A DNA stretch of 64,000 nt from Polyangiales bacterium (GCA_044229975.1 JBGARZ010000006.1:224001-288000); one strand, 5' to 3'. Positions 50,637 through 59,756 are shown, counted from the first letter of the stretch. The notes: generated from the letters alone by a model not told the origin. Numbers and translations: made by a program.

Positions 50637-51482
50637 ATGGCCACCGCCGACCCGCCGACCGAGGAGGGAGAGCGCCGCGACCTGCTGCTGCGGGGCGTTC
50701 GCGTCCACTACCAGGAGATCGGGCGCGGGCCGACGCTGCTCTTACTCCACGATGTATTCGCCGATCACCGCGCGTGGCGGCGGGTGGTGCCGAAGCTGGC
50801 CGAGCGCTTCCGCGTGATCGCGCCCGACCTGCCGGGCTTCGGCGTGAGCGAGAAGCCCACGCGGTATGCCTTCACGCGAGAGGCGCTGGCCGAGACCCTG
50901 TGCGATCTGCTGGCGGGCGTCGGGGCGGCGCGCGCGCACGTCGCGGGTCACGCGCTCGGGGCGACGGTGGCGTTGACGCTGGCGGCCGACCACCCGGAGA
51001 TCGTCGATCGTCTCGCCGTGATGCACGCCGCCGCGTGGCCGACGGAGCGCGGCATCGGATCACGGCTGCCGTCGGTCCCGGTGCTGGGGTCGCTGGTGTT
51101 CAAGCAGTGGTTCGGGCGGGGGATGTTTCACGCGCACTTCCGACGGGAGGTATTCGCGCCGGGCTATCAGTACGACCGCGCGTTGGTGGACGCGTGGTTC
51201 GCGCAGTTCGACCCGCCCGAGGCGCGGGAGTGCGCGTGGCGGACGCTGGGACGCTCGGTGCTGGACGTCTCGGCGCTCGGGCCGAAGCTGGCGAAGGTGC
51301 GCGCGCCGACGCTGGTGATGTGGGGCGACCGCGCGAAGCCGGCGTCGCAGGCGATGGGTCAACGATTGGTGCGCGAGGTGAAGGACGCGCGCTGGGAGTC
51401 GGTCGCGGGCGCGTCATCGGGGATGTGGGAGGAGCAACCCGACGCGGTGGCCGAGTCGCTCACGCGGTGGATGAGCGCGTGA
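50637..51482 (+). CDS. Alpha/beta hydrolase-fold protein, catalytic residues apparently absent
   Basis: APDLPGFGVS, GHALG (Ala at the nucleophile position), PTLVMWG. Confidence 0.88.
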   Translation: MATADPPTEEGERRDLLLRGVRVHYQEIGRGPTLLLLHDVFADHRAWRRVVPKLAERFRVIAPDLPGFGVSEKPTRYAFTREALAETLCDLLAGVGAARAHVAGHALGATVALTLAADHPEIVDRLAVMHAAAWPTERGIGSRLPSVPVLGSLVFKQWFGRGMFHAHFRREVFAPGYQYDRALVDAWFAQFDPPEARECAWRTLGRSVLDVSALGPKLAKVRAPTLVMWGDRAKPASQAMGQRLVREVKDARWESVAGASSGMWEEQPDAVAESLTRWMSA

Positions 51483-51631
51483 AGAAGGGGACGGGAGTTG
51501 ACGAGCGCCTGGAACTTTCCAACGGAAAGAACCAATAGCTATGCTTATAGTTATACGAGAATTATAGGGTATTTGGCGATTGGATTGGTTTCGGATTGGC
51601 TGAGATTGGTTTTCATCGCCCTGCCGGGTGC

Positions 51632-53299
51632 TCAGGGTGGTGACGTTGATGAGGGTATCGAATGCCAGCGAGCGCCTCGCGTAGTTCCACGCGGTTCGGC
51701 CTTACCTTCGCGCCGGAGTTCGGCGAGAAGTCCTCGGAGTTGCCCGCGGGAGAGGGCAGGAAGGACGCCTTGCAGGTCTGACAGCGGGCTGCCGCTGTGC
51801 GTGTTGTCTGCGATGTGTCGCAACAGGAGCTGTTTGTTGGTCTCGTGGTCGAGCCCCATGCGGCGGGTGTAGTCGCCCGGCTTCCCGAGGAGCTCGTAGA
51901 ACTGCCGCGCAAGCACGATCTTCTGACCGCGACCTCGGCCGATCGTCTCAACGGCACCTCGATCACGTAGGCCGCCGATACGTTCGCGGTACTTCAGTGG
52001 CACTGGCTCTTCTCGATGGATCAGGTCGAGCACCAGAAGGTCGTCGAGATGAAACCCGCCCTCCTCGTGTTTCAGCTTTTGCATGAGGGCCAGGAAGCGT
52101 TCGTCTCGCACCGCCCCGTTCAGCGTGACCGACACCTGCCATGCGTCCGTTCCGTTGAACTCCGGTGGCTGCTTGGCCTCCTCCAACGACGTGCGCACCA
52201 CACGATCGATCCCCTGTCCCGAACGCTCCACGAACCCACAGCGTTGGAAGGTCTCCGCGATGCGTCGGTTGCGAGGGACATGTCGCTCGATGATGTTCTC
52301 GGGTGTCACGCCGTTTGGTAGTCCGCCAGGGCTGACCACGTTGAGGCGTCGCGGGTACTGGCGGACAAAGACCGAGGCGCCCAGCCCGTAGTCGCGGTGT
52401 GCGACCGCGTTGAGCAGCACCTCACGCACGGCGATCTCGTTGAAGGTCGCGATGCTGCCGACGAAGAGGCCGTCGCGGAAGCTCTGCGCATCGTTGCGCG
52501 CGTTGATCAACTCCCACAGGCGGTCGTCGATCAGGAAGAAGCCCTCTCGGTGATCGTGGCGCACCTGCGCTTCGATGGAGACGTCGTCCTTGCGGTACTC
52601 GAAGATGATCTCGGCCTGCGCGAGGTACCTGCCCAGCGCCACCCGCGTGCCCATCAAGGCGAGCGCCGCGTAGGTGATGCCACCATCGAGCGACAGCTCC
52701 GCGTCCGCCAGAAGGCGCGCGTGGTCGAACGATCGCAGCGCCTCGTTGCCCGATTTCCGCGCCCAGAGGTCGCGGAAGCGCTCGATGGCTTCCGGCGCGA
52801 GATCACTCAATGTTGCGCCTCGGCAAATCTGCGCCGAGAAGTCCGGACCGTGCGCCTCCGCGAAGATCTGCCCGAGCTTCTCGGGCGTCATCGCCACGAG
52901 GCTCTCGCCCGAGCGCATCAGGTACTGGCCCTGGTGGGCCCAAGGCGTCCCGAGCGGGCGAGACGGCACGCGAAACACCACGACCCGTCCGTCGGGGTGT
53001 TGCATCTCCTCCGCGTCGACACGGATGTGCAGCGTATCGAGGATCTGCTTCTGCTTGCCGACGAGATCGAGGAACGCGTGACTCCCCACGACCTGACGCG
53101 GCTTCTTGTCCGTCACTCCGAGAACCAGCACCCCGCCGCCTTCGTTGGCGAGGGCGACGCAGTAGCGCAGGAGGTTGTCGTGGTCGTACGAGCGCTCAGC
53201 CTTCTTGAACTCGACGTGCTCGTCCTCCCGTCCGTCCATCCAGCGCTGCAACTCCTGCAACGACGTCAGGCCCTCGGTGCTGTTCCACACGCTGCTCAT
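51632..53299 (-). CDS. AlbA_2 (Schlafen-like) + HATPase_c_4 (RecG C-terminal-like) + winged-helix protein
   Basis: EDEHVEFK, VALANEGGGVLVLGVTD, REVLLNAVAHRDY, SPGGLP, PRNRRIA, VERSGQGID. Confidence 0.9.
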   Translation of the reverse strand: MSSVWNSTEGLTSLQELQRWMDGREDEHVEFKKAERSYDHDNLLRYCVALANEGGGVLVLGVTDKKPRQVVGSHAFLDLVGKQKQILDTLHIRVDAEEMQHPDGRVVVFRVPSRPLGTPWAHQGQYLMRSGESLVAMTPEKLGQIFAEAHGPDFSAQICRGATLSDLAPEAIERFRDLWARKSGNEALRSFDHARLLADAELSLDGGITYAALALMGTRVALGRYLAQAEIIFEYRKDDVSIEAQVRHDHREGFFLIDDRLWELINARNDAQSFRDGLFVGSIATFNEIAVREVLLNAVAHRDYGLGASVFVRQYPRRLNVVSPGGLPNGVTPENIIERHVPRNRRIAETFQRCGFVERSGQGIDRVVRTSLEEAKQPPEFNGTDAWQVSVTLNGAVRDERFLALMQKLKHEEGGFHLDDLLVLDLIHREEPVPLKYRERIGGLRDRGAVETIGRGRGQKIVLARQFYELLGKPGDYTRRMGLDHETNKQLLLRHIADNTHSGSPLSDLQGVLPALSRGQLRGLLAELRREGKAEPRGTTRGARWHSIPSSTSPP

Positions 53300-53535
53300 C
53301 GCGACACCCCTCCCGCCTCGTGTCCGGTCGCAGGCCCGCTGTACCGCTCCTCACGCCACCGCGCCAACATCGCGCGGAGCACCACCTCGAAGACCTTCCC
53401 GTGTCCTCCTCGCTCCAAGTGCAACAGCTCGTGCGCGATCACCTCGGCGCGAAACTCTTCGGGCTGTTCCAGCAGATCTCGCGCGAAGGTGACTCGCCCC
53501 GCGCTCGATGCGCTGCCCCACTTGGGGCGCATCGA
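53296..53535 (-). pseudogene. 3' fragment of an M48/YgjP (DUF45) metallopeptidase
   Basis: MRPKWGSASSAG, VIAHELLHL...HG; N-terminus missing; stop overlaps the AlbA_2 start. Confidence 0.75.
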
Positions 53536-53650
53536 TTGGGCCGCGGATCTTGCTGGCCGCCGACCAGAGCCACCCACCGAGCTCGCTGTAGCGCTCGACG
53601 CCGCGTGAGACCTTGGCCTTCGGTGTCTTCCGCGTCTTCCCCTGCGCCAT
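53525..53650 (-). pseudogene. hsdM: 5' fragment of a type I R-M methyltransferase subunit
   Basis: ELGGWLWSAASKIRGPIDAP matches the HsdM N-terminal motif, then breaks off. Confidence 0.7.
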
Positions 53651-53913
53651 CGGCTGTACTCCCGCAAGCGGTTCTACTCCGCTCGAGTGCTCAGGAGGCT
53701 TGCCAGACGGCAAGAGACAGGGTCAAGCACGAACAAGTGAGCGTTGGCTCATCGAGTCTCGACGCCAGTGAGGTAGGTGATCAGTACGATGGGTCGGCGC
53801 CTGGTGCGCGAGGTGAAGGACGCGCGCTGGGAGTCGGTCGCGGGCGCGTCATCGGGGATGTGGGAGGAGCAACCCGACGCGGTGGCCGAGTCGCTCACGC
53901 GGTGGATGTCGAC

Positions 53914-54258
53914 TCAGTGACGCCAGTGGCCGCGCCGGCGGCCGGGGTGGCGCGCGACGTACACGCCGTTGGGGGTCTGCACCACGACGGGACCACGACG
54001 ACCGCGATGCCAGCGCGCGGGCCGGGCGATATAGACGGGCCGCGCGGGCTGCGCGACGACCACGGGCTGCGCGGGCTGCACATAGACAGGCGGCGGCTGC
54101 TGAACCACCACGACCGGGGGGCGGGCGGGCGCGACGATCACCGGCGCTGGCGTTCCCACGCGAATGCCCGCGCGAATCTGCACCTGCGCACCAGCCAGGG
54201 ACGGAAAGGCCATCGAGGCGACGAGCGAGCCGACAGCGAGAAGAGATCGAAGGTTCAT
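53914..54258 (-). CDS. Small exported Pro/Val-rich protein (PXPV-like)
   Basis: Signal peptide, PVVVVQQPPPVYVQP, basic His/Trp tail. Confidence 0.75.
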   Translation of the reverse strand: MNLRSLLAVGSLVASMAFPSLAGAQVQIRAGIRVGTPAPVIVAPARPPVVVVQQPPPVYVQPAQPVVVAQPARPVYIARPARWHRGRRGPVVVQTPNGVYVARHPGRRRGHWRH

Positions 54259-54419
54259 GGGTTCCTCACAGTGCAGCGCTGCAAGCGACTGCGAGGGAGC
54301 GGTTGAGCACGCGACGTGCCGCTCCGTTGGGGCGCTGAGAGGCCCGCGAGCGGGAAGATCTGCGGCGATCTGCCACAAGAGGGTGAGCGCGCTGTGCGCT
54401 CGTGGCACTGTCGACGACC

Positions 54420-54803
54420 ATGACGAAGCTCGTCGACCGCGCCGACACCGACGCCTCCACGCTCGCTGCGATCGCCGCCGTGGTGGACAAGCAGGCATCG
54501 CTCGCCCACGTGGTGCAGTGGGGACTCACCGCGACGCCCGAGCGGATGATCGTCGACGTGGTGGTGCAGGACGAGTTCACCCACGACGTGGTGCTGCGCT
54601 GGTCGGACGACCGTTACCTCGTCTACGACGCCACCTGACTGGGCGCAGTGACGGCGGTCGCCGTCTGGAATCACCCACCGACCTCGCGCGAGCTCCTCGA
54701 CGCGCGACTCGCAGACGGCTGGGAACCAACACCGTCGCTGTTGAAGGAAGGCCCGCAGGTGCTGGGCTTCGCGGCCTGCGCGGTGGGTGCGCTGAAGCGC
54801 TGA
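54420..54803 (+). CDS. Putative small selenoprotein, 127 aa, Sec at codon 73 (TGA 54636-54638)
   Basis: ...VQDEFTHDVVLRWSDDRYLVYDAT-TGA-LGAVTAVAVWNHPPTS...GFAAC...; frame open for 54 more codons; SECIS-like hairpin follows the TGA. Confidence 0.72.
54639..54677 (+). promoter_or_regulatory. Bacterial SECIS-like element
   Basis: 11-nt spacer after the TGA, then stem GACGGC/GCCGTC (54650-54665) with a GGTC loop. Confidence 0.7.
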
Positions 54804-54808
54804 GACGC

Positions 54809-56569
54809 CTACGCCGCCAGCGGACCGAAGTGCTGCACCAGCTCCGCCCGCAGGCTGGTCAGCCGCGCGTGCCTCGCCGCGAAGCCCCCGCGCAGCGCCT
54901 TCGCCTCGCCCTCGCGCCCCGCCGCCGTCAGCACCCGCTCCATGCGCGCCAGCATCGTGCACGCGTCGCGGTACGACGCCCTCCCCCGCTGCGCCACGTG
55001 CGCCTCCGCCTGCCGCAGGTACACCCGCGCCGCACCCTCCGGGTCACTCTCCTCCAGCGCCTTCGCCACCCGAACCCGCTCCGCCGCGAAGCCCGCCGGT
55101 CGCGCCCGCTCGTCCTCCGCCACCCGCCGCGCCGCCGGCAGATCACCCTCATCCAACAGCCACGCCAGCAACACGCCGGGCGCCTTCGCGTCGAGCACCG
55201 CCTCGGCCCTCTCCCTCACGTCGTCCCAACGACCCTGCGCCTGGGCCTTCTCGCGCAGCGCATCCAATGACGCCCGCGTGGGCTCCGCCGCCAGCACCGC
55301 CTCGGCCAGGCCCAGCGCCATCTCGGCGTCGACCGTCCGCGCCTCGCGTTCGCGCAGCCACGTCACCAGACGCTCGCGGCTCATGGTCCCCGACCGCGCG
55401 GCGCGCGCCTTCACCGCCTCGACGTAGCCCTCTGCCAACCCAAGCTCGTCGAAGCGCCTGGCCAGCACCAGCACCTCGCCATCGGCCACCTCGCCCAGCG
55501 CCGTCCACGCCTCTTCGATGCGGCCCAACGCCAGCAGCCGTCGACAGCGCGCCGCGGGCCGATGGTGCGCCCGCGCCTGCTCCATCCACGCCTCGTCGTC
55601 GTCGACGAGTCCCTCCTCCAGCTCCACCAGCACCGCGCCCCACGCAAACCGCGCCCACTCGTCGCCGCGCGCCATCACCCCGCGAACCTTCCGCGCCAGC
55701 GCCCGCCGCTCGTCGGCCGTCGCCACCTCCAGCGCCGCCGTCACCGCCACGCGTCCCAGCGCGTCGACCACGCCCGCGCAGCCGTGCTCCACGTCGAAGC
55801 CGTACAGCGCCACCAGCCAGCGCAACCCCCGCGCGCGCGCCTCTCGCTCCCCTGTCTTCACGCTCGCCGCGACCGCCTCGACGCACCGCCGCGCCACCGC
55901 CATCACGGGCCCCGTGTCACCGCCCACCCGGCGCCGCCGACCCACCATGCCCACGGCCAGTCGCTCGACTGCGCGCAGATCTCCCGCCGCCATCGCCGCC
56001 ACTCGCAGCGCTTCCAGCTCGGTCGCCACCGCGCCGAGATCGGAGCCCGACCATACACCGCGCAGTAAAGCCGACCCCGGCCCGTGGCCCTCGGTCGCCG
56101 GTCGCGCGAAGGCGTCGGGCAGCGCCTCTTCCACCAGCATCTCCAGCTCTGGGCGCTTCAGGAGCAGCAGCCCCAGCAGCGCCCGCAGCGCCTCGGCGTC
56201 GACCCCCGCGAGCGCCTCGTCCGCCGTCGGAACCTCCGCAAACGCCTCCGGCTCCTTCGCGTACGTGAGCAGCACCGCCGCCACGTGCTTGCAGTCCCCC
56301 GCGTCGCCCATCGGACAGTCGCACAGCGCGTCGACCACCCCGTCGGGGCCGAGCGTCACCCGCACCCGCCACGCCTCCTGCCCGCTGCCCTCGCAGCGCG
56401 CCCGCAGCACCGCGCCCCGCCGCCTTCCGTCGAACACGGCGCCCCACGCGACGTACCTCCGCCCGCGCTCCAACGCGCGACCGCCCACCCGCGCGAACAC
56501 CGACGCCTCGGTCACCACCTCGGCGCCCACCACATCGTTGGCGGGCCGCTGAAACACCATCTCTCCCAT
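54809..56569 (-). CDS. SWIM zinc-finger protein
   Basis: CDCP.....CKHVAAVLL, then a helical-repeat region. Confidence 0.88.
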   Translation of the reverse strand: MGEMVFQRPANDVVGAEVVTEASVFARVGGRALERGRRYVAWGAVFDGRRRGAVLRARCEGSGQEAWRVRVTLGPDGVVDALCDCPMGDAGDCKHVAAVLLTYAKEPEAFAEVPTADEALAGVDAEALRALLGLLLLKRPELEMLVEEALPDAFARPATEGHGPGSALLRGVWSGSDLGAVATELEALRVAAMAAGDLRAVERLAVGMVGRRRRVGGDTGPVMAVARRCVEAVAASVKTGEREARARGLRWLVALYGFDVEHGCAGVVDALGRVAVTAALEVATADERRALARKVRGVMARGDEWARFAWGAVLVELEEGLVDDDEAWMEQARAHHRPAARCRRLLALGRIEEAWTALGEVADGEVLVLARRFDELGLAEGYVEAVKARAARSGTMSRERLVTWLREREARTVDAEMALGLAEAVLAAEPTRASLDALREKAQAQGRWDDVRERAEAVLDAKAPGVLLAWLLDEGDLPAARRVAEDERARPAGFAAERVRVAKALEESDPEGAARVYLRQAEAHVAQRGRASYRDACTMLARMERVLTAAGREGEAKALRGGFAARHARLTSLRAELVQHFGPLAA

Positions 56570-56656
56570 CGCGTGCATGACGTCAGCGTAGGCGCTCACG
56601 CCCGCCTCGCAACGCGGTAGGTGACATAGCCTGTCCACTGCCGTAGAGTCGCGCGC

Positions 56657-57277
56657 ATGGCGGACGAAGAGCCGAAGCCGGCGGGCGACGAGTACACGGC
56701 GCAGTACATGGAGGGCGGTCGCGCGCGCATCGTGACGAAGCAGCGCATGCCGGGTTGGTTCTTCGCGATCATGGGCGTGTCGTCGCTCGCGATCGTCGGG
56801 AGCGGCCTCGCGACGGGTGCGCTGGTGAGCATGGTGGGGGTCATCCCGCTGGTGCTGGTGACGCTGCTGCTGTCGCACCTGCGGGTGGTGGTGACCGACG
56901 ACGCGCTGCACGTGCAGTACGGGCTGTGGGGCCCGAAGGTGGCCGTGGAGGACATCACCCGCTGCGAGGTGCAGCGCTACGACCCGATGCGCTTCGGCGG
57001 CTGGGGCCTGAAGCGCTCCATCGACGGAACCATGGCGTACAGCGTTCCGGGCGGAGAGGGCGAGTGCATCGCGCTGGAGATCACCGAAGGGGCGAAGACC
57101 CGCAAGGTGGTGATCACGACGCCCAACGCCGCGAGCGTGGCGCTCGCCATCGAAGAGGCCCGCGCCCGCAAGCTGGGATCGAGGGTGCGCGTCGATACGA
57201 GCGCCACGAGCGATGTCGGTGAGGTGGATGAAGCAGCGGTCGAAGCGACGACGGAAGAGCGACAGCGGCGGGGATAG
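56657..57277 (+). CDS. Two-TM membrane protein with a bacterial PH-like domain
   Basis: Two TM segments, then FGGWGLK motif. Confidence 0.75.
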   Translation: MADEEPKPAGDEYTAQYMEGGRARIVTKQRMPGWFFAIMGVSSLAIVGSGLATGALVSMVGVIPLVLVTLLLSHLRVVVTDDALHVQYGLWGPKVAVEDITRCEVQRYDPMRFGGWGLKRSIDGTMAYSVPGGEGECIALEITEGAKTRKVVITTPNAASVALAIEEARARKLGSRVRVDTSATSDVGEVDEAAVEATTEERQRRG

Positions 57278-57284
57278 CGCCCCC

Positions 57285-58787
57285 TCACATCGTCAGCAGT
57301 ACGTCCCGCCAGCAGGCCCGATCGGCCTCCTTGAAGAGCACCACGCGCAGCGTTCGGACGTGCACCGGTTGCAGCCACGCGAAGGTGCGAAACGCCTCCA
57401 GCATCAGCTTCGCGCCCTGCGCCATCGGAACCTCCCCGACCCCGGTGCCCAGCGCCGGAAACGCCACCGTCGTCGCGCGCCGCGCCTCGGCCTCCAGCAG
57501 CACCCGCAATACACACCGCTGTAAGCAGATGGCCCCGTCGAGCGCCGCCACCGCGTGCGCCACGTGGCTCGCCTGCAACCGCCCCGCGCCCGTCCACACG
57601 ACGTCGCCCATCGCCACGGGCAGCGTGCGCTGCGCCCGCGCCTCGACGGCGATCTCCGCGCCGCCCGCGCGCTCCAGCGAGAGGGCCACCCCGCGGTCCA
57701 TCTTGAACTGCGTGTTGGCGGCGTTGACGATGACGTCCGCGCGCTGCTCGGACAGGTCGCCCACCGCCAGCTCGACGCCCACCGACCCGATGGTCGCCGC
57801 GTCGTGGCCCGTCGGAACGATGCGCGCCCCGGGCTCGGCCACCACGCCGAGGCTGCGCACCACCTCGTCGGCCGTGGAGTAGCGGTCCTCGGGACGCTTC
57901 CGCAGCATGCGCCCCACCACCGCGAAGAGGTACGCCTCGCGCGGGTCGCGCGGCGGCGGTGGGAGGTACGGTTCGGACACGTGCGCCACCCCGAGCTGCA
58001 ACGCGCTCTCCCCGTGAAACGGCGGCGCGTTGGTCGACAGCAGGTGCGCCGTCGCGCCCAGCGCGTAGAGGTCGGTGCGGCGGTCGATGACCCCCTGGTT
58101 CCATTGTTCGGGGGCCATGAACTGGGGTGTTCCGACGATGGGTTCGTGCGCGGGGTCGACGCCGAAGGTCTCCACCGCGATGCCGAAATCCCCCACCGAC
58201 GCGGAGCCTCCGCCGCCCAGGAAGAGGTTCGCCGGTTTGACGTCGCGGTGGATGACCCCGGCCTGGTGGATGGCCCGCAGGCCGAGCGCGGCGTCGAGCA
58301 CCAGCCGGCACACGAGGTCGACCGGCAGCCGTCGCTTCATCGCGCGCTGGGCCCGCAGCAGCTCTTCGAGGTCGATGCCGTCGACGTAGCGCTGCACTAC
58401 GAAGGGGACCTCGTCCTCCACGCCCGCGTCGAGCACGCTCACCACGTGCGGTGACGAGACCCGCGCCGCGAGGTGCGCCTCACGGAAGATCTGCGACGGC
58501 GCCGCGCTCTTGAAGGTCTTGATGACCAGCGGAACCCGCAGCACCCGGTGGCTGGCGAGGTACGCCGCGCCCATGCCGCCCTCGCCGAGAATCCCGTGGA
58601 CCTTCAGCCCATGGAAGTCGCGCTCGGGCTGCGGCCCTTTGCCCGTAGGTGTGGTGATGGCCGTCGCTTCGATGGAGAGCGACGGCGCGTCGGGCGCCGG
58701 CCCAAGGAACTCGGTGGCCATCTGCCCCATCGCGGGTGATGGCACCGGAGGTTCGTTGCTGGAGTTGGAGTCGGGAGGATCGATCAT
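57285..58787 (-). CDS. Ser/Thr protein kinase fused to a C-terminal macro domain
   Basis: LGEGGMG, HRDVKPAN, DFG, FMAPEQ; macro motifs GDL, DVIVNAAN, VAFPALGTGVG. Confidence 0.92.
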   Translation of the reverse strand: MIDPPDSNSSNEPPVPSPAMGQMATEFLGPAPDAPSLSIEATAITTPTGKGPQPERDFHGLKVHGILGEGGMGAAYLASHRVLRVPLVIKTFKSAAPSQIFREAHLAARVSSPHVVSVLDAGVEDEVPFVVQRYVDGIDLEELLRAQRAMKRRLPVDLVCRLVLDAALGLRAIHQAGVIHRDVKPANLFLGGGGSASVGDFGIAVETFGVDPAHEPIVGTPQFMAPEQWNQGVIDRRTDLYALGATAHLLSTNAPPFHGESALQLGVAHVSEPYLPPPPRDPREAYLFAVVGRMLRKRPEDRYSTADEVVRSLGVVAEPGARIVPTGHDAATIGSVGVELAVGDLSEQRADVIVNAANTQFKMDRGVALSLERAGGAEIAVEARAQRTLPVAMGDVVWTGAGRLQASHVAHAVAALDGAICLQRCVLRVLLEAEARRATTVAFPALGTGVGEVPMAQGAKLMLEAFRTFAWLQPVHVRTLRVVLFKEADRACWRDVLLTM

Positions 58788-58829
58788 GGTCGCGGGGTGC
58801 GTGAGCCCCGCGGCCGTTCTACCGTGAGA

Positions 58830-59756
58830 TCACCAGTCGCCGCCACCGCCGCCGGCGTCACCGCCGCCGAAGTCGCCGCCACCGCCGTCCCAACCCGAGC
58901 TGCTGCCGCCCGCGTCGTAGTTGGAGCTGCTGTGGTCGGAGCCGCCGCTGTAGTCGGACCCGTGGTGCTCGTCGCGGTTGGCCATCGCCGACCCGAGCGC
59001 GTAGCCCGCGACGCCGCCGAGGCCCGCGCCGATGAGGCCCGCGCCGAGGCCGCTACCCTGCTGCGGCCCGTAGCCCGGTCCGTAGTTGGGACCATACCCG
59101 GGAGGGTATCCGCCGGGCTGGCCGTACGGGCCCGGGCCCTGCTGCGCGCGGTACGGGTCACCGCCGTACGCCCCACCCATCGCCTGCCGGTTGCGCATCG
59201 CGCGGAAGACCATCACCACGACGATCACACCACCGATGCCGAGGAGCATGAGGCCCCACGGGAAGGAGGGCGCCTCGCGGTTGGAGGTCGCGCCGACCGC
59301 GTCACGGTTGGTGATCTCGCCCGCGGCGGCAGAGCCCACCGCGCCGTTGGCGGAGGTGAAGATCGCCTCGACGCCGCTGCGCCACTGCCCCGCGCGAAAC
59401 CACTGGTCGCCCGCGTTTTCGATGGCGCTGAAGCGGTCGCGCGCGATGCGGGTGCCCGTGCCGAAGTGCACCGAGGTGAAGCGGTGCGTCGGGTCGACGC
59501 CGACGACGACCATGTTGGGCTCCGAGACCTGCGCGCCGACGTAGCGGTCGAGCGAGGCGCGGGAGGGCATCTCGCTGGTGACGACCACGCGCGCGTCGAA
59601 GGGCCACGCGCGGGCGGCGTCACGGAGACCCGCCTCGTCCTGCGCGGTGAGCATGTCGGAGGGGTCGCGGACCTGGAGGGTTCCGGCGGAGGCCGTGACG
59701 GGGATGAGCAGGGCGGCGAGCAGAGCGCCAGAGAGGAGCTTGGAGCGCGTCGTCAT
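58830..59756 (-). CDS. Exported TPM-like domain, TM segment and Gly-rich tail
   Basis: Signal peptide, DPSDMLT, one TM, GYGP repeats, GGGDFGGGDAGGGGGDW end. Confidence 0.75.
   Translation of the reverse strand: MTTRSKLLSGALLAALLIPVTASAGTLQVRDPSDMLTAQDEAGLRDAARAWPFDARVVVTSEMPSRASLDRYVGAQVSEPNMVVVGVDPTHRFTSVHFGTGTRIARDRFSAIENAGDQWFRAGQWRSGVEAIFTSANGAVGSAAAGEITNRDAVGATSNREAPSFPWGLMLLGIGGVIVVVMVFRAMRNRQAMGGAYGGDPYRAQQGPGPYGQPGGYPPGYGPNYGPGYGPQQGSGLGAGLIGAGLGGVAGYALGSAMANRDEHHGSDYSGGSDHSSSNYDAGGSSSGWDGGGGDFGGGDAGGGGGDW

Larger units (their letters stand above)
51352..53908. mobile_element. Integrated islet remnant bounded by a duplicated 3' end of the hydrolase gene
   Basis: Identical 107-bp direct repeats at 51367-51473 and 53802-53908, each preceded by CGATGGGTC; lower-GC interior with defence-type genes. 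Confidence 0.8.
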
